64,000 nt of DNA. Source: Eledone cirrhosa. Lineage: Eukaryota. Where the stretch lies: positions 224,936,001-225,000,000 of the forward strand of contig OZ024743.1 of NCBI GenBank assembly GCA_964016885.1. Direction: 5' to 3'. Shown here in pieces: positions 37,981-54,981 of the stretch. Under the pieces are notes generated by a model. It was not told where the DNA came from. It ran no database searches and saw only the letters and a list, made by a program, of their open reading frames with translations. Position 1 is the stretch's first letter, and each line of letters begins with the position of its first letter. The position numbers were made by a program, and so were the translations under genes.

Positions 37981-38616
37981 TGGGAAACTCTCGTGGCATC
38001 TAACAACATCAGAGACTTGGGAGTAACCGTGGACAGCAACATAAGCTGGACCACGCATATAAGCAGCAAAGTTGACATGGCCCGCAGAATGTGTTCCTGG
38101 ATCCTCAGAACCTTCCAGTCGAGAGATTCCCGCACCATTATCCTTCTCTTCTCTACTTTTGCCCGACCACACCTTGAATACTGTTGTCCACTGTGGTCTC
38201 CCCACACCAAACAAAGTATCATGAAACTTGAAGCTCCTTAAAGGGCAATCACGAAAAAGATAGATGGCATGTCAGACCTTGACTACTGGGGTCGATTAGA
38301 AAACCTGAAACTTTACTCACTCCAACGTCGCCGTGAGCGTTATATTATCTGCATGATGTGGAAAATGTTCCATCATCACTGCCCAAATGATGTTGGCATC
38401 GCCTTCAAGATACACCCAAGGCTTGGGCCCCGTGCTATCCGTCCCATTCAAAAATCTAAATCGCAACTCATAACAACAATACTGCACAATTATTTCACCT
38501 CAATCGGCCCTGCTCTCTTCAACATCACACCAGGACACGTCAAAACAGAAACTGACCACACAAAATTCAAGAAGTCTTTGGACAAATTCCTCCAAGTAAT
38601 CCCGGACAAACCACCG
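37981..38616 (+). mobile_element. CR1-clade LINE RT C-terminal fragment
   Basis: [67 protein letters not shown]; one stop. Confidence 0.88.
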
Positions 38617-38618
38617 TA

Positions 38619-38850
<232 letters not shown>

Positions 38851-38889
38851 CATATATATACATATATATATATACATATATATATATAC

Positions 38890-38936
<47 letters not shown>

Positions 38937-38965
38937 CATATATATATATACATATATATATATAC

Positions 38966-39061
<96 letters not shown>

Positions 39062-39091
39062 TATATATACATATATATATTATATATACAC

Positions 39092-39226
<135 letters not shown>

Positions 39227-39239
39227 CATATATATATAC

Positions 39240-39274
<35 letters not shown>

Positions 39275-39281
39275 CATATAT

Positions 39282-39360
<79 letters not shown>

Positions 39361-39364
39361 TATA

Positions 39365-39434
<70 letters not shown>

Positions 39435-39435
<1 letters not shown>

Positions 39436-42400
39436 CATCATCATCATAATCATCGTTTAACGTCCCTGTTCCACGCTCGCTTGCATGGGTTTGGACGGCG
39501 GTTTTCCCACTTGAGGCAAGAGTGGTTGTCTTGCTCGCATAGGACTGTCTGGCGGGTTTTCTACATCTGGATGCCCTTCCTAACACCAACCACATTTACA
39601 GTGTGGGGCTGGGAGGTTTCTACCGTGTTGCCTACACGGCCACATTACAGCGTGGACTGTCTGGCAGGTTTTCTACAGCTGGATGCCCTTCCTAACACCA
39701 ACCACATTTACAGTTTGGGACTGGGAGGTTTTTACCGTGTTGCCTACACGGCCACATTACAGCGTGGACTGTGTTTTTTGACATGACACCTACACAATCT
39801 CATTTGTTTCGGCCTGGATGTTGTGTCACCAACATAACTTTGCATTGAAGGGGGCGGTGTGGGTGGGGTGGGACAGGGGTGTATTTTGTTAGAGATGCCT
39901 ACTGACTGTAGTAGGTTTTACTTTGTTTTTAGGTAAGGTGGGTCTTCTCTGTTACTGAGTACCGCAAAAGGTCTCGGTCCAGTGACATTGTCTTGGAGAG
40001 GTGTAAGTGTGTGAGGTCGGAATTTATCAGCTCGTCCCAGGTTTTCCTGGGTCTGCCTACTCCGTGGCTACCATCTATATTTATTGCCCTGCACTTTGTT
40101 ATACAGCTGTCGTCTTTCATGCGCATCACGTGACCATACCAACGTAGCCTTCTCTCGAGTAAACAATATCTGATCCCTCTTATTTCTAATTTTTTCCTTA
40201 GTTCGTTTATGCTTTGCCGTTCACGTATATTACTATTACACATCCAGCGGAGCATGCAAGCTTCGTTCCTCTCTAGTCTGCGTATATACTCTGCACACAA
40301 TGCCCAGGTCTCACTGCCATGCAACATTGCTGTTCGTATGCAGGCATCATACAACCTGCCTTTCATTTTTAGAGAGAACCCTTTAGCGGCCAATAGTGGT
40401 ATAAGCTCTCTGAACTTTTTCCATCCAGTTCTGACTCTAGCTACTGTACTTTCAGAACACCCTCCCCCACTGCTGATTTCGTCACCCAGGTAACGGAAGC
40501 TGTCCACTATTTCTATAGAACCATCTGTGCAATGGAATGAGCTAGTATTCTGTGGGCACTTGCTGCTACTTATTGCACCAGAGAACCGCCCACATGTAAA
40601 ATCTGTGTTCTTAGTTAGCTTACCTGTGATCCCACTACATCTTTTATGCACCCATACTTTGCATTTGGGGCATAAAATGGAGTTTCTACCTACGCCTTTT
40701 CTACACACTGAGCATGGCCATTTCCCGGAGGGGACCGGCGCCTTATTTTCTTTCCTACAAACTAGAACTTTAGTCTTAGCCAGGTTAATTTTAAGACCTT
40801 TTGATTCTAGGCCATGCTTCCATGTTTGGAATTTCTTCTCTAGCTTGGCCATTGATTCAGCTATGAGCGTTAGATCATCTGCATATAGGAGTTCCCATGG
40901 GCAGCCGGTCTTGAACTTTACTGTTATAGCCTGAAGGGCAATAATAAATAGTAGGGGGCTAAGAACAGAGCCCTGATGGACACCAACTTTTACGCTAAAC
41001 TCTTCACTATATTCGTTGTTAATTCTAACCTTGCTGACTGTTTCTTTATACATGGCTTGTATGGCTCTCACAAGCCATTCGTCAACACCTAGTTTTCTAA
41101 GGGCCCACCAGATAATAGAACGGGGGACTCTGTCGAAGGCTTTCTCCAAGTCGACAAAAGCTAAGTATAGGGGTTTACTTTTAGCTAGTTGTCGTACAAT
41201 GAAAAGAGCGTCTGTGGTACTTTTTCCTGACACAAACCCGAACTGCATTTCATCTAGATCAATTCTCTCTCTGATTAGTTGCGCTATTACTTTTTCCGTG
41301 ACCTTCATGACCTGGTCGATTAATTTAATGCCTCTATAGTTACTCCTATCTAGGGCGTCTCCTTTACCCTTGTAACAGTTAACGATGATGCTGCTACGCC
41401 AGTCCTTTGAAACAACCCCATTCTGTATGACTTGGTTTACTATCCGGGTGACCATGGTGTGTCCCACCGTACCGGAGGCTTTCAGCATCTCAACAACTAT
41501 TTCCGAAGGCCCAGCCGCCTTACCCGTCTTCATATCTTTGATTGCCTTACTTATTATACTACCTTCGACTAACACTGCTGGTCCCTCTATTGGGTCGATG
41601 TGGGGGAGACTGTCTTTCTCCCATTTATTCTCCTCATTTAGTAGCCTTTCGTAGTGACACTTCCAAGCTACCTTCTTATCAGCGTCAGTGATGGCAAGTA
41701 CGCCATCATCGTTAAGTACACATTTCTCCTCGACAATATCACGGTTTTCCTTGACACATTGCCTAGCAATCCTGAACACCTCACGTTTTTGGTCCTCGCG
41801 TTGTAGAACATGCTTGAACTTTCTTTCCTCTGCTTCCTTTCTTGCGAAGTACACTTGTCTCCTAGCTTCCCTCCTGGCCACTTGATAGTCTTCTCTACTT
41901 CCCCCATCCCGCCATGCTTTCCAAGCCTGCTTTTTGGCCTTGATTGACCCCTCCACCTTACTGTTCCACCACCATGTTACTCTCCTCCTGCCTACAGGCC
42001 TGCTCCAGCCACAGACTTCGTCTGCCGCCATCAGCAGGTTTGCTTTCAGGAATTCCCACTGTTCCTCTACCTTGTACGACTCTAATTGCTCTTCCTTACT
42101 GTCGAAAGCATCAAGTAATATGCTTTGAAATTTATTTCTGGCTGTGGGATCCTTTAGCTTCCATATTTTTCTCCTGAGGATAGTCCTTTTCTGCTGTCTA
42201 GTACGCCTCGTCCTGACTATGAGGTCGCTAATTATCAGTCTATGTTGGGAGGTGCATTCTTCATGGGGGAGGGATTTAATGTTTACAACAGACACTCTGT
42301 CACGTCCTCTGGTAAGGATATAATCTACCTGGCTGGTATGTTCCCCCGATCTGTAGGTGATCAAGTGATTGTCTCGTTTATTGAAGTTAGTGTTACAGAT

Positions 42401-42748
42401 AGTTAGGTTATTTGTATCACAGAATTCCAGGATTCTGGAGCCTTCCTCATTTCTAGTACCAAACCCATAGCCTCCGTGGATTCCGTCATAGCCGTCACAA
42501 TGTTGACCAACGTGGCCATTTAGGTCGCTAGCAATAATTATATAGTCACTGTCGGTTATTTGGGAGGTAGTGAGCATCAGTGTCTCATAGAATCTGTCTT
42601 TTATAGTTCCGGGCAGTCCGGATTGGGGCGCGTATGCCGATATTACTGTCACAGTAGTTCTATTCAGAACAAGTTTTATTTTAATTATTCTGTCATTTAC
42701 TCTATTTTCACCTCTATTATCTTATCCACCCATTTTTCTGCTAACATG
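39435..42748 (-). mobile_element. RTE LINE family B (subfamily with duplicated 3'UTR block), 5'-truncated
   Basis: Uninterrupted 907-aa ORF; (CAT)n tail; both ends in (TA)n. Confidence 0.95.
39929..42652 (-). CDS. RTE APE(partial)-RT polyprotein
   Basis: SAYAPQ, DLNGHVG, NYRGIKL, YADD; 15-bp in-frame deletion (QEKYL) relative to 33570-34964. Confidence 0.92.
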   Translation of the reverse strand: MTVISAYAPQSGLPGTIKDRFYETLMLTTSQITDSDYIIIASDLNGHVGQHCDGYDGIHGGYGFGTRNEEGSRILEFCDTNNLTICNTNFNKRDNHLITYRSGEHTSQVDYILTRGRDRVSVVNIKSLPHEECTSQHRLIISDLIVRTRRTRQQKRTILRRKIWKLKDPTARNKFQSILLDAFDSKEEQLESYKVEEQWEFLKANLLMAADEVCGWSRPVGRRRVTWWWNSKVEGSIKAKKQAWKAWRDGGSREDYQVARREARRQVYFARKEAEERKFKHVLQREDQKREVFRIARQCVKENRDIVEEKCVLNDDGVLAITDADKKVAWKCHYERLLNEENKWEKDSLPHIDPIEGPAVLVEGSIISKAIKDMKTGKAAGPSEIVVEMLKASGTVGHTMVTRIVNQVIQNGVVSKDWRSSIIVNCYKGKGDALDRSNYRGIKLIDQVMKVTEKVIAQLIRERIDLDEMQFGFVSGKSTTDALFIVRQLAKSKPLYLAFVDLEKAFDRVPRSIIWWALRKLGVDEWLVRAIQAMYKETVSKVRINNEYSEEFSVKVGVHQGSVLSPLLFIIALQAITVKFKTGCPWELLYADDLTLIAESMAKLEKKFQTWKHGLESKGLKINLAKTKVLVCRKENKAPVPSGKWPCSVCRKGVGRNSILCPKCKVWVHKRCSGITGKLTKNTDFTCGRFSGAISSSKCPQNTSSFHCTDGSIEIVDSFRYLGDEISSGGGCSESTVARVRTGWKKFRELIPLLAAKGFSLKMKGRLYDACIRTAMLHGSETWALCAEYIRRLERNEACMLRWMCNSNIRERQSINELRKKLEIRGIRYCLLERRLRWYGHVMRMKDDSCITKCRAINIDGSHGVGRPRKTWDELINSDLTHLHLSKTMSLDRDLLRYSVTEKTHLT

Positions 42749-42770
42749 CTATATATATATATATATATGT

Positions 42771-42802
<32 letters not shown>

Positions 42803-42839
42803 GATAAAGAACACAAGAGCGTCTCCAACATCAAACATT

Positions 42840-42899
42840 TTTTATTGGCTTACAATGTTTCTTCCTTACGTAACCGTAGGATTCTTCAGAGCTATAAAA
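42840..42899 (-). ncRNA. Minimal type I hammerhead in non-coding island 42803-43150
   Basis: ttttatagct-CTGAAGA-atcctacg-gtta-cgtaaggaa-GAAA-cattg-TA-agccaataaaa. Confidence 0.7.
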
Positions 42900-43203
42900 G
42901 GGGTTTGATTGGTGTTATGGACTCTACCAACCAAACATTCAAGAACAAAGAGTAAAGAGAGTAAAGAGCAAAAGCAGGGGACAATAAGTCTAATTTTGGT
43001 GCGGGAGGGTGGGGTGTGGGTCCTTGTTTACTAGCTGTGGTCATATTCATTCCCGGGAGTCGAGTGGTTAGTGGAGCCATAGATGGGGTGGCGTCGATAG
43101 TAGGGTGCAGAGGGTGTGCAGAGGCTACGCACACACAAAGGGCATACAATATATATATAACGCTGGAGAAATTACATGAGGTAATTAGAAATGGAATAAG
43201 AGT

Positions 43204-43280
43204 AATAATAATAATCTATAGTTAATAATGTATAATATATAATATATATTATACATTATTAACTATAGATTATTATTATT
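43204..43280. repeat. Perfect AT-rich palindrome with 37-bp arms
   Basis: aataataataatctatagttaataatgtataatatat-aat-exact reverse complement. Confidence 0.9.
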
Positions 43281-43384
43281 ATTATTATATATTCACTAAC
43301 ACTCTTATCGTAAAATTTAGTCTCCTAAGATATTTGCATTGGCATTACTATTTTATAACAGCAACTGTTCGTATACCTTTTACT

Positions 43385-44021
43385 GACCTATTTTCATCCC
43401 TAAATAACCTTCTCATTCTTCACACTCCATTCAAAACTGAAATCTACCTTCATCTACCCCTAAAATAAACTTCAATTACTACTATTTTACCATTTGGCCA
43501 ATTATTAACTTTCTATTGGTTAATTCTAACCTGTTACCAAACAGACATACTATATCAAATCTTTGTTGGTTTTATTCAATGAACAAATATAATTATTTCT
43601 GAGGTCAGCATACGACCTATTTTCATCCTAAATAATCTTTCATTCATAATATTCATTCATAATATTCTTTTCCATCAAAACTGAAATCTACCTTCCTCTA
43701 CCCATAAATACTACTAGATTACTATCTTGACCTTCACTATCTTTCTATTGGTCAATTCAAAACCTGTTCCCAAACAGACCTATTGTATTGAATCTTGCTT
43801 TTTTCAATAAACAAATATCATTGGTGGATTGGCAGTATCAGTAGAGGGTCGGACGCCATGCTTGATGCATAGAGTTACGGCCCTTGCTATTCTGAGTTCA
43901 AATCCCGCGAGGTTAACTTTGCCTTCATCCTTACGGGGTCGATAAAATAAAGTACCAGTAATGTACTGGGTAATTTCTGGCCTTGTGCCAATAGTAGAAA
44001 CAATTATTTCTGAAGACAGCA
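43385..44021 (+). repeat. Diverged ~230-bp tandem duplication; second unit interrupted by a SINE
   Basis: gacctattttcatcc, aaaactgaaatctaccttc, ctttctattgg and aattatttctga each occur twice in the same order. Confidence 0.8.
43822..44003 (+). mobile_element. tRNA-derived SINE (Nin-domain-like)
   Basis: gagttcaaatcccgc B box followed by gccttcatccttacggggtcgataaaataaagtaccag; copies at 54281 and 58900. Confidence 0.8.
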
Positions 44022-44338
44022 TATATATGTGTAGGTATGTATATTCCCTCTGATAGTTTGTATAAATATTTTACATAGATCTATAGAATATGCATACCAA
44101 CACTAACACATATATATCCTAGAAACGATCGTAAAATGATGAATTTTTTTAATACAAGGAACTGTTTCTTTGTTATTCATTACTTTATTAATTTATCTGT
44201 TTTCCGTTAATTTTCACCAGAAATTAGTTTTTTGAATGCATCTTCTCTTTTCATGATATCCGGATTACATTGAGTTCTTCATACGGATTGGACACTACCG
44301 TAAAGTTTTGTAGATTTATCTATATACATATATATATA

Positions 44339-45462
44339 CATCATCATCATCATCAGGTTTAGCGTCCGTGTTCCACGCTTGCATGGGTTTTTGGACGGGG
44401 GTTTTCCCACTTGAGGCAAGAGTGGTTGTCTTGCTCGCATAGGACTGTCTGGCGGGTTTTCTACAGTTGGATGCCCTTCCTAACACCAACCACATTTACA
44501 GTGTGGGGCTGGGAGGTTTTTACCGTGTTGCCTACACGGCCACATTACAGCGTGGACTGTCTGGCGGGTTTTCTACAGCTGGATGCCCTTCCTAACACCA
44601 ACCACATTTACAGTGTGGGGCTGGGAGGTTTTACCGTGTTGCCTACACGGCCACATTTACAGCGTGGACTGTGTGTTTTTTGTCGTGACACCTACACAAT
44701 CTCATTTGTTTCGGCCTGGCATGTTGTGGGACCAACATAACTTTACATTGAAAGGGGCGGTGTGGGTGGGGTGGAGGTGGTGGGACGGGGGTGTGTTTTG
44801 ATAGAGATGCCTACTGACTGTAGTAGGTTTTTACTTTGTATTTAGGTAAGGCGGGTCTTCTCTATTACTGAGTACCGCCAAAGGTCTCGGTCCAGTGACA
44901 TTGTCTTGGAGAGGTGTAAGCGTGTGAGGTCGGAATTTATCAGCTCGTCCCATGTTTTTCTGGGTCTGCCTACTCCGTGGCTACCGTCTATCTTTATTGC
45001 CCTGCACTTTGTTATACAGCTGTCGTCTTTCATGCGCATCACGTGACCGTACCAACGTAGCTTTTCTCTCGAGTAAACAACATCTGATCCCTCTTATTTC
45101 TAATTTTTTCCTTAGTTCGTTTATGCTTTGCCGTTCACGTATATTACTATTGCACATCCAGCGGAGCATGCAAGCTTCGTTCCTCTCTAGTCTGCGTATA
45201 TCCTCTGCACACAATGCCCAGGTCTCACTGCCATGCAGCATTGCTGTTCGTATGCAGGCATCGTATAACCTGCCTTTCATTTTTAGGAGAACCCTCTAGC
45301 GGCTAATAGTGGTATAAGCTCTCTGAACTTTTTCCATCCAGTTCTGACACTAGCTACTGTACTTCAGAGCACCCTCCCCCACTGCTGATTTTGTCACCAG
45401 ATAACGGAAGCTGTCCGCTATTTCTATAGAACCCTCCTATCTAGGGCATCTCCTTTACCTCT

Positions 45463-45545
<83 letters not shown>

Positions 45546-46287
45546 CATATATATACATATATATACATATACATATATATACATATACATATACATATAT
45601 ATACATATATATACATATACATATATATATATACATATACATATATATACATATATATATATAGATATATACATATATATGATGAACACCAACTTTTACA
45701 CTAAACTCTTCACTATATTCGTTGTTAATTCTAAACTTGCTGACTGCTTCTTTATACATGGCATGTATAGCTCTCACAAGCCATTCATCAACACCTAGTT
45801 TTCTAAGAGGTAAAGAGATGCCCTAGATAGGAGTAACTATAGAGCATTAAATTAATCGACCAGGTCATGAAGATCACAGAAAAAGTATAGCGCAACTAAT
45901 CAGAGAGAGAATTGATCGAGATAATGGAACGGGGGACTCTGTCGAAGGCTTTCTCCAAGTCGACAAAAGCTAAGTATAGGGGTTTACTTTTAGCTAGGTA
46001 CTTCTCCTGTAGTTGTCGTACAATGAAAAGAGCGTCTGTGGTACTTTTGCCTGACACAAACCGAACTGCATTTCATCTAGATCAATTCTCTCTCTGATTA
46101 GTTGCGCTATTACTTTTTCTGTGGACCTCATGACCTGGTCGATTAATTTAATGCCTCTATAGTTACTCATATCTAGGGCATCTCCTTTACCCTTGTAGCA
46201 GTTAATGATGATGCTGCTACGTCAGTCCTTCGGAACAACCACATTCTGTATGACTTGGTTTACTATCCCGGTGACCATTGTGTGTCA
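44339..46287 (-). mobile_element. RTE family B copy, internally rearranged
   Basis: Deletion, internal (TA)n, an inverted duplicate at ~45808-45915 and many 1-bp indels. Confidence 0.85.
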
Positions 46288-46389
46288 TATATTATATATA
46301 TACACATATATATATATACATATATACACATATATATATATACATATATACATATATACACATATATATATATACATATATATATATAC

Positions 46390-46434
<45 letters not shown>

Positions 46435-46896
46435 CATACATATATATATATACATACATATATATATATACATACATATATATATACATATATACACACA
46501 TATATATATATATATACATATATACACACATATATATATATGAATACATATATACACACACATATATATATATATACATATATACACACACATATATATT
46601 TATACATATATACACGCATATATATATATACATTATACACACATATATATAGATATATATATACACATATATATATATATACAATATATATATATATACA
46701 AATATATATATATATATACAAATATATATATATATTGTATGTATATATATATGTATATATGTATATATATATATAAATATACATATATATTGTATGTATA
46801 TATATATGTATATATATATGTATATTTATATATGTATATATATATATGTATATATATTTATATATATGTATATATATATATATACATATATATATA

Positions 46897-46955
<59 letters not shown>

Positions 46956-47106
46956 CATATATATATTAGAAAGTTAGGTTTTTTTTCCAAAGCGAAAAAT
47001 AACCGAGGTGACCTACACGTGTGAAAGTATAAAGAAAAAAAGATGAAATTGAAAATGCAACTGGAGTCTTATTTAAAAAAAAAATATATATATATTTATT
47101 TGGTTC

Positions 47107-47142
47107 CTTTACCGGTTTCGCAGTTCTTCCGCTTTTCAAAAG
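47107..47142 (-). ncRNA. Minimal hammerhead, U3-A8 variant, in 210-bp island 46968-47180
   Basis: ctt-TTGAAAA-gcgg-aagaa-ctgc-GAAA-ccgg-TA-aag; palindromic stem III (accggt). Confidence 0.65.
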
Positions 47143-47180
47143 TAGAGTTGAGATGGAGGGTCTGTGGTTTTTCTCACATC

Positions 47181-48311
<1,131 letters not shown>

Positions 48312-48916
48312 TGTGGCTGCCAACTCGTTTTCGAGTACGGCCACTACTTTATATCCATGTAGGAGAACCCCTACCGATGTGCTGAACGAGTGACTTTTCA
48401 GTCCAGCCAGCGCCTTGAAAACTCTGGTACAAAAACTACACTTGTGACAATTACTGGCACATAGTGCTGGGCCCATGGTAGCATGTAACGACAAGTGCAG
48501 AGAGATCTCCAGATATATAGCAATGCCTGTGCCGTGAAGCTTTTATAGTGAGCAAAGGCACTGCACAAAACCAGTCCCACTCTCTTAAGCAAGATGATAT
48601 TTACCAAAAAGAAGAACAAGTCAACATCATTGGATACCATCAGGGTTGCAGGTGTTATATAAGAGTTTTCCTTCTCCTAGAATTCTGCCTTGACAAAGGC
48701 TAAGGCGTCATCTCTCCCGGTGATTTTGGATGGCTATTGACTCTTAAGAGCTCCTTTGCCCTTTGACAGGTTTTGTTTTTAGAACTGTAGGATGTCCAAA
48801 TTCACCCTCCTCACTAAGAAACTTGATAGAGCTGCCAGTTTAGTCGCCAACGACACGACCATGGGACAGGTTGTACTGGGATACATGTTACCAGTAGCAC
48901 CAACTGGTGACCTGAC
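48312..48916 (-). mobile_element. Bipartite non-autonomous RTE derivative, copy 2
   Basis: Colinear with 3824-4432; encodes [17 protein letters not shown]. Confidence 0.78.
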
Positions 48917-49712
48917 ATAAATATGCATATATATATACATACACATATATATACACATACATATATATATATACATGTATATGTATGTATACATACATAT
49001 ATATATATACATACATATATATATATACATACATATATATACACATACATATATATACATACATATATATACACACATATATATACATGCCTACATATAC
49101 ACACATATATATATACATACATGCATATACATACATATATACATACATATATATATACACACATATATATACACATATATATATATAAATACGTTTATAT
49201 ATACACATATATATATATATATATATACATATATATATACACATATATATTCATATATATATATATACACATATATATATATATACATACATATATATAT
49301 ATGTATACATACATATATATATATATACATACATATATATATATATACATATATACATACATACACCTATACGCATATATATATATACATACACACACAT
49401 ATACACACATACATACATATACATATATACACACATACATACATATACATACATATATATATATATATATACACATATATATATACATATACACATATAT
49501 ATATATATATACATACACATATATATATACATACACACACATATACACATATACACACATACATACATATACATACATATATATATATATATATATACAC
49601 ATATATATATATATACACATATATATATATATATACATACACATATATGCATATATATATATATATACATACACACACATATACACACATACATACATAT
49701 ACATATACATAA

Positions 49713-49743
<31 letters not shown>

Positions 49744-49896
49744 TATATATATACATATATATATACTTGTGTATAATGGTAGCTATGGTGCTTCCATAGG
49801 CTGTATTACAAAATTAACACATAATATTCAGCAGAGTAGAGTGTAGATAGTATAAAGAAAACGAAAAATCAGTGATGCATCTGGACTCAATTTATT

Positions 49897-49988
49897 GCGT
49901 GTTACAATTGTTTCGCCGGCAGGTAGCTCGAGACATGGTCCCTGTATGGATCTGGCTGATTCTACGGCTGCAGGTGCCTTCAGACATG
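49897..49988 (-). ncRNA. Degenerate hammerhead-like motif
   Basis: tgt-CTGAAG(G)-long stem II-GAAA-caattg-TA-aca; A9 is mutated. Confidence 0.4.
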
Positions 49989-50280
49989 ATTTGTCACAGA
50001 GGCAATAAACATAAAAGAATTATAACCAAAATTAAATAGAAAATATGAGTGTAACAGCAACATCACAACTTACAATTAAGGACAAAATGAAAACACACAC
50101 ACACATAGAACAAACAACCAACCGGTAACATGTAAATAAACAAATAAATAAACAAATATAAACACACACAGACACCCGGATATGGCGCATGCGCAGACTG
50201 AGCACACAACACACACACAGAAACAAAATGGCGTAGGACAGAACAAAGGAGAGGCACAAAAACAAAGAAAAGAATCCCCA

Positions 50281-50323
50281 GTCACTGATGAGGTCACAGA
50301 ATGTGTGACGAAAGAACTTTGAC
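50281..50323 (+). ncRNA. Minimal hammerhead-like motif
   Basis: gtca-CTGATGA-g-gtcaca-gaatg-tgtgac-GAAA-gaac-TT-tgac. Confidence 0.55.
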
Positions 50324-50540
50324 AATATATAAACAACTATCTGGTTGCGGAACCAACCAACCAACCAGAAATTTATAGATTTATAAATTCCTAAATTTAT
50401 AAATTTATTATAATAAATTGAAGTGAAAGCAACTGGTGCGTGTGTTTCTTATTGGCAACATGACCCTCCCAAAGTATAACAATATCGGGTTCAACACACG
50501 ATTTCAGATAAAGAATCTTCCTAAAAAAATTCAGAAACGA

Positions 50541-53865
<3,325 letters not shown>

Positions 53866-54088
53866 CATAATATAAGATCAAAAGATGGTTAAAGGAGTTC
53901 CATGTATTTTATTATGCGCATTTCAAAAAGAAACATCATCATGCAATAATATTTGTGTTTTCATCAGATAAAACAGGAGAACATGATATGAAGGCTAAAA
54001 AACACTTGTGGATAGTGCAGTTTTAAATCAACATCTTATCCGATATTTGCATTGCTTTATTGTACTACAATAAAACTCACCTCCTACA
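53866..54088. mobile_element. PLE-2 mini-insertion (inverted pLTR with hammerhead at 53907-53973, plus 3' extension)
   Basis: 53866-54034 matches 9392-9561; 54035-54088 is the reverse complement of 9304-9358. Confidence 0.82.
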
Positions 54089-54156
54089 TATATATATACA
54101 TATATATATATATATACTAATATATAACATATATATATATACATATATATAACATA

Positions 54157-54189
<33 letters not shown>

Positions 54190-54280
54190 GTAGGAGGTGA
54201 GTTTTATTGTAGCACAATAAAGGAATGCAAATATCGGATAAGTACCACTCTACAGTTTGTAGGACTGGAGTATAAATAAT

Positions 54281-54467
54281 TGTTTCTACTTTTGGCACAA
54301 GGCCAGCAATTTCCCAGTGTATTACTGGTACTTTATTTTATCGACCCCGTAAGGATGAAAGGCAAAGTTAACCTCGGCGGGATTTGAACTCAGAATGGCA
54401 AGGGCCGTAACTCTATGCGTCAAAGCATGGCGTCCGACCCTCTACCGATACTGCCAATTCACTAAAC
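54281..54467 (-). mobile_element. tRNA-derived SINE inserted in the pLTR with a 16-bp TSD
   Basis: ctggagtataaataat at 54265-54280 and 54468-54483; the empty site is visible at 9381-9396. Confidence 0.85.
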
Positions 54468-54981
54468 CTGGAGTATAAATAATATAAGATCTAAAGATGG
54501 TTAATAATATAAGATCTTAAGATGGTATTTTATTATGCGCATTTCAAAAACAAATATCATCATGAGATGATATCTGCGTTTTCATCAGATAAAATAGGGA
54601 TACATGATATGAGGGTTAAAAACACTGGTGAATAGTGAAGTTTTAAATCAACATATGAAAAATAATTTAAGATTGATGTGTTATATTGGGAAAAAGTGAG
54701 GGGGGGGTTGAAAGGGTAAGGAAGAGGAGGAGATGAGAGTAAAGAATGGTGGGGTAGGAGTATAGGAAGGAAGGATGAGAGAGGAGGAGAGATGGGTGAT
54801 AGAGAGAGAGAGATAGCCTTTACAACTGAGAAAAATATATATTGTCTCACAGAGAGAAGTTAAAAAGCCGTTGGAAGATAATAGATAATTTAAAAGAATT
54901 TGAAATTAAAGTTGATGAAGAGAAAAAGGGGTTAAGAATAATATTAAATTAAGGTTTGTATATTGAAGGAATCTATAAACT

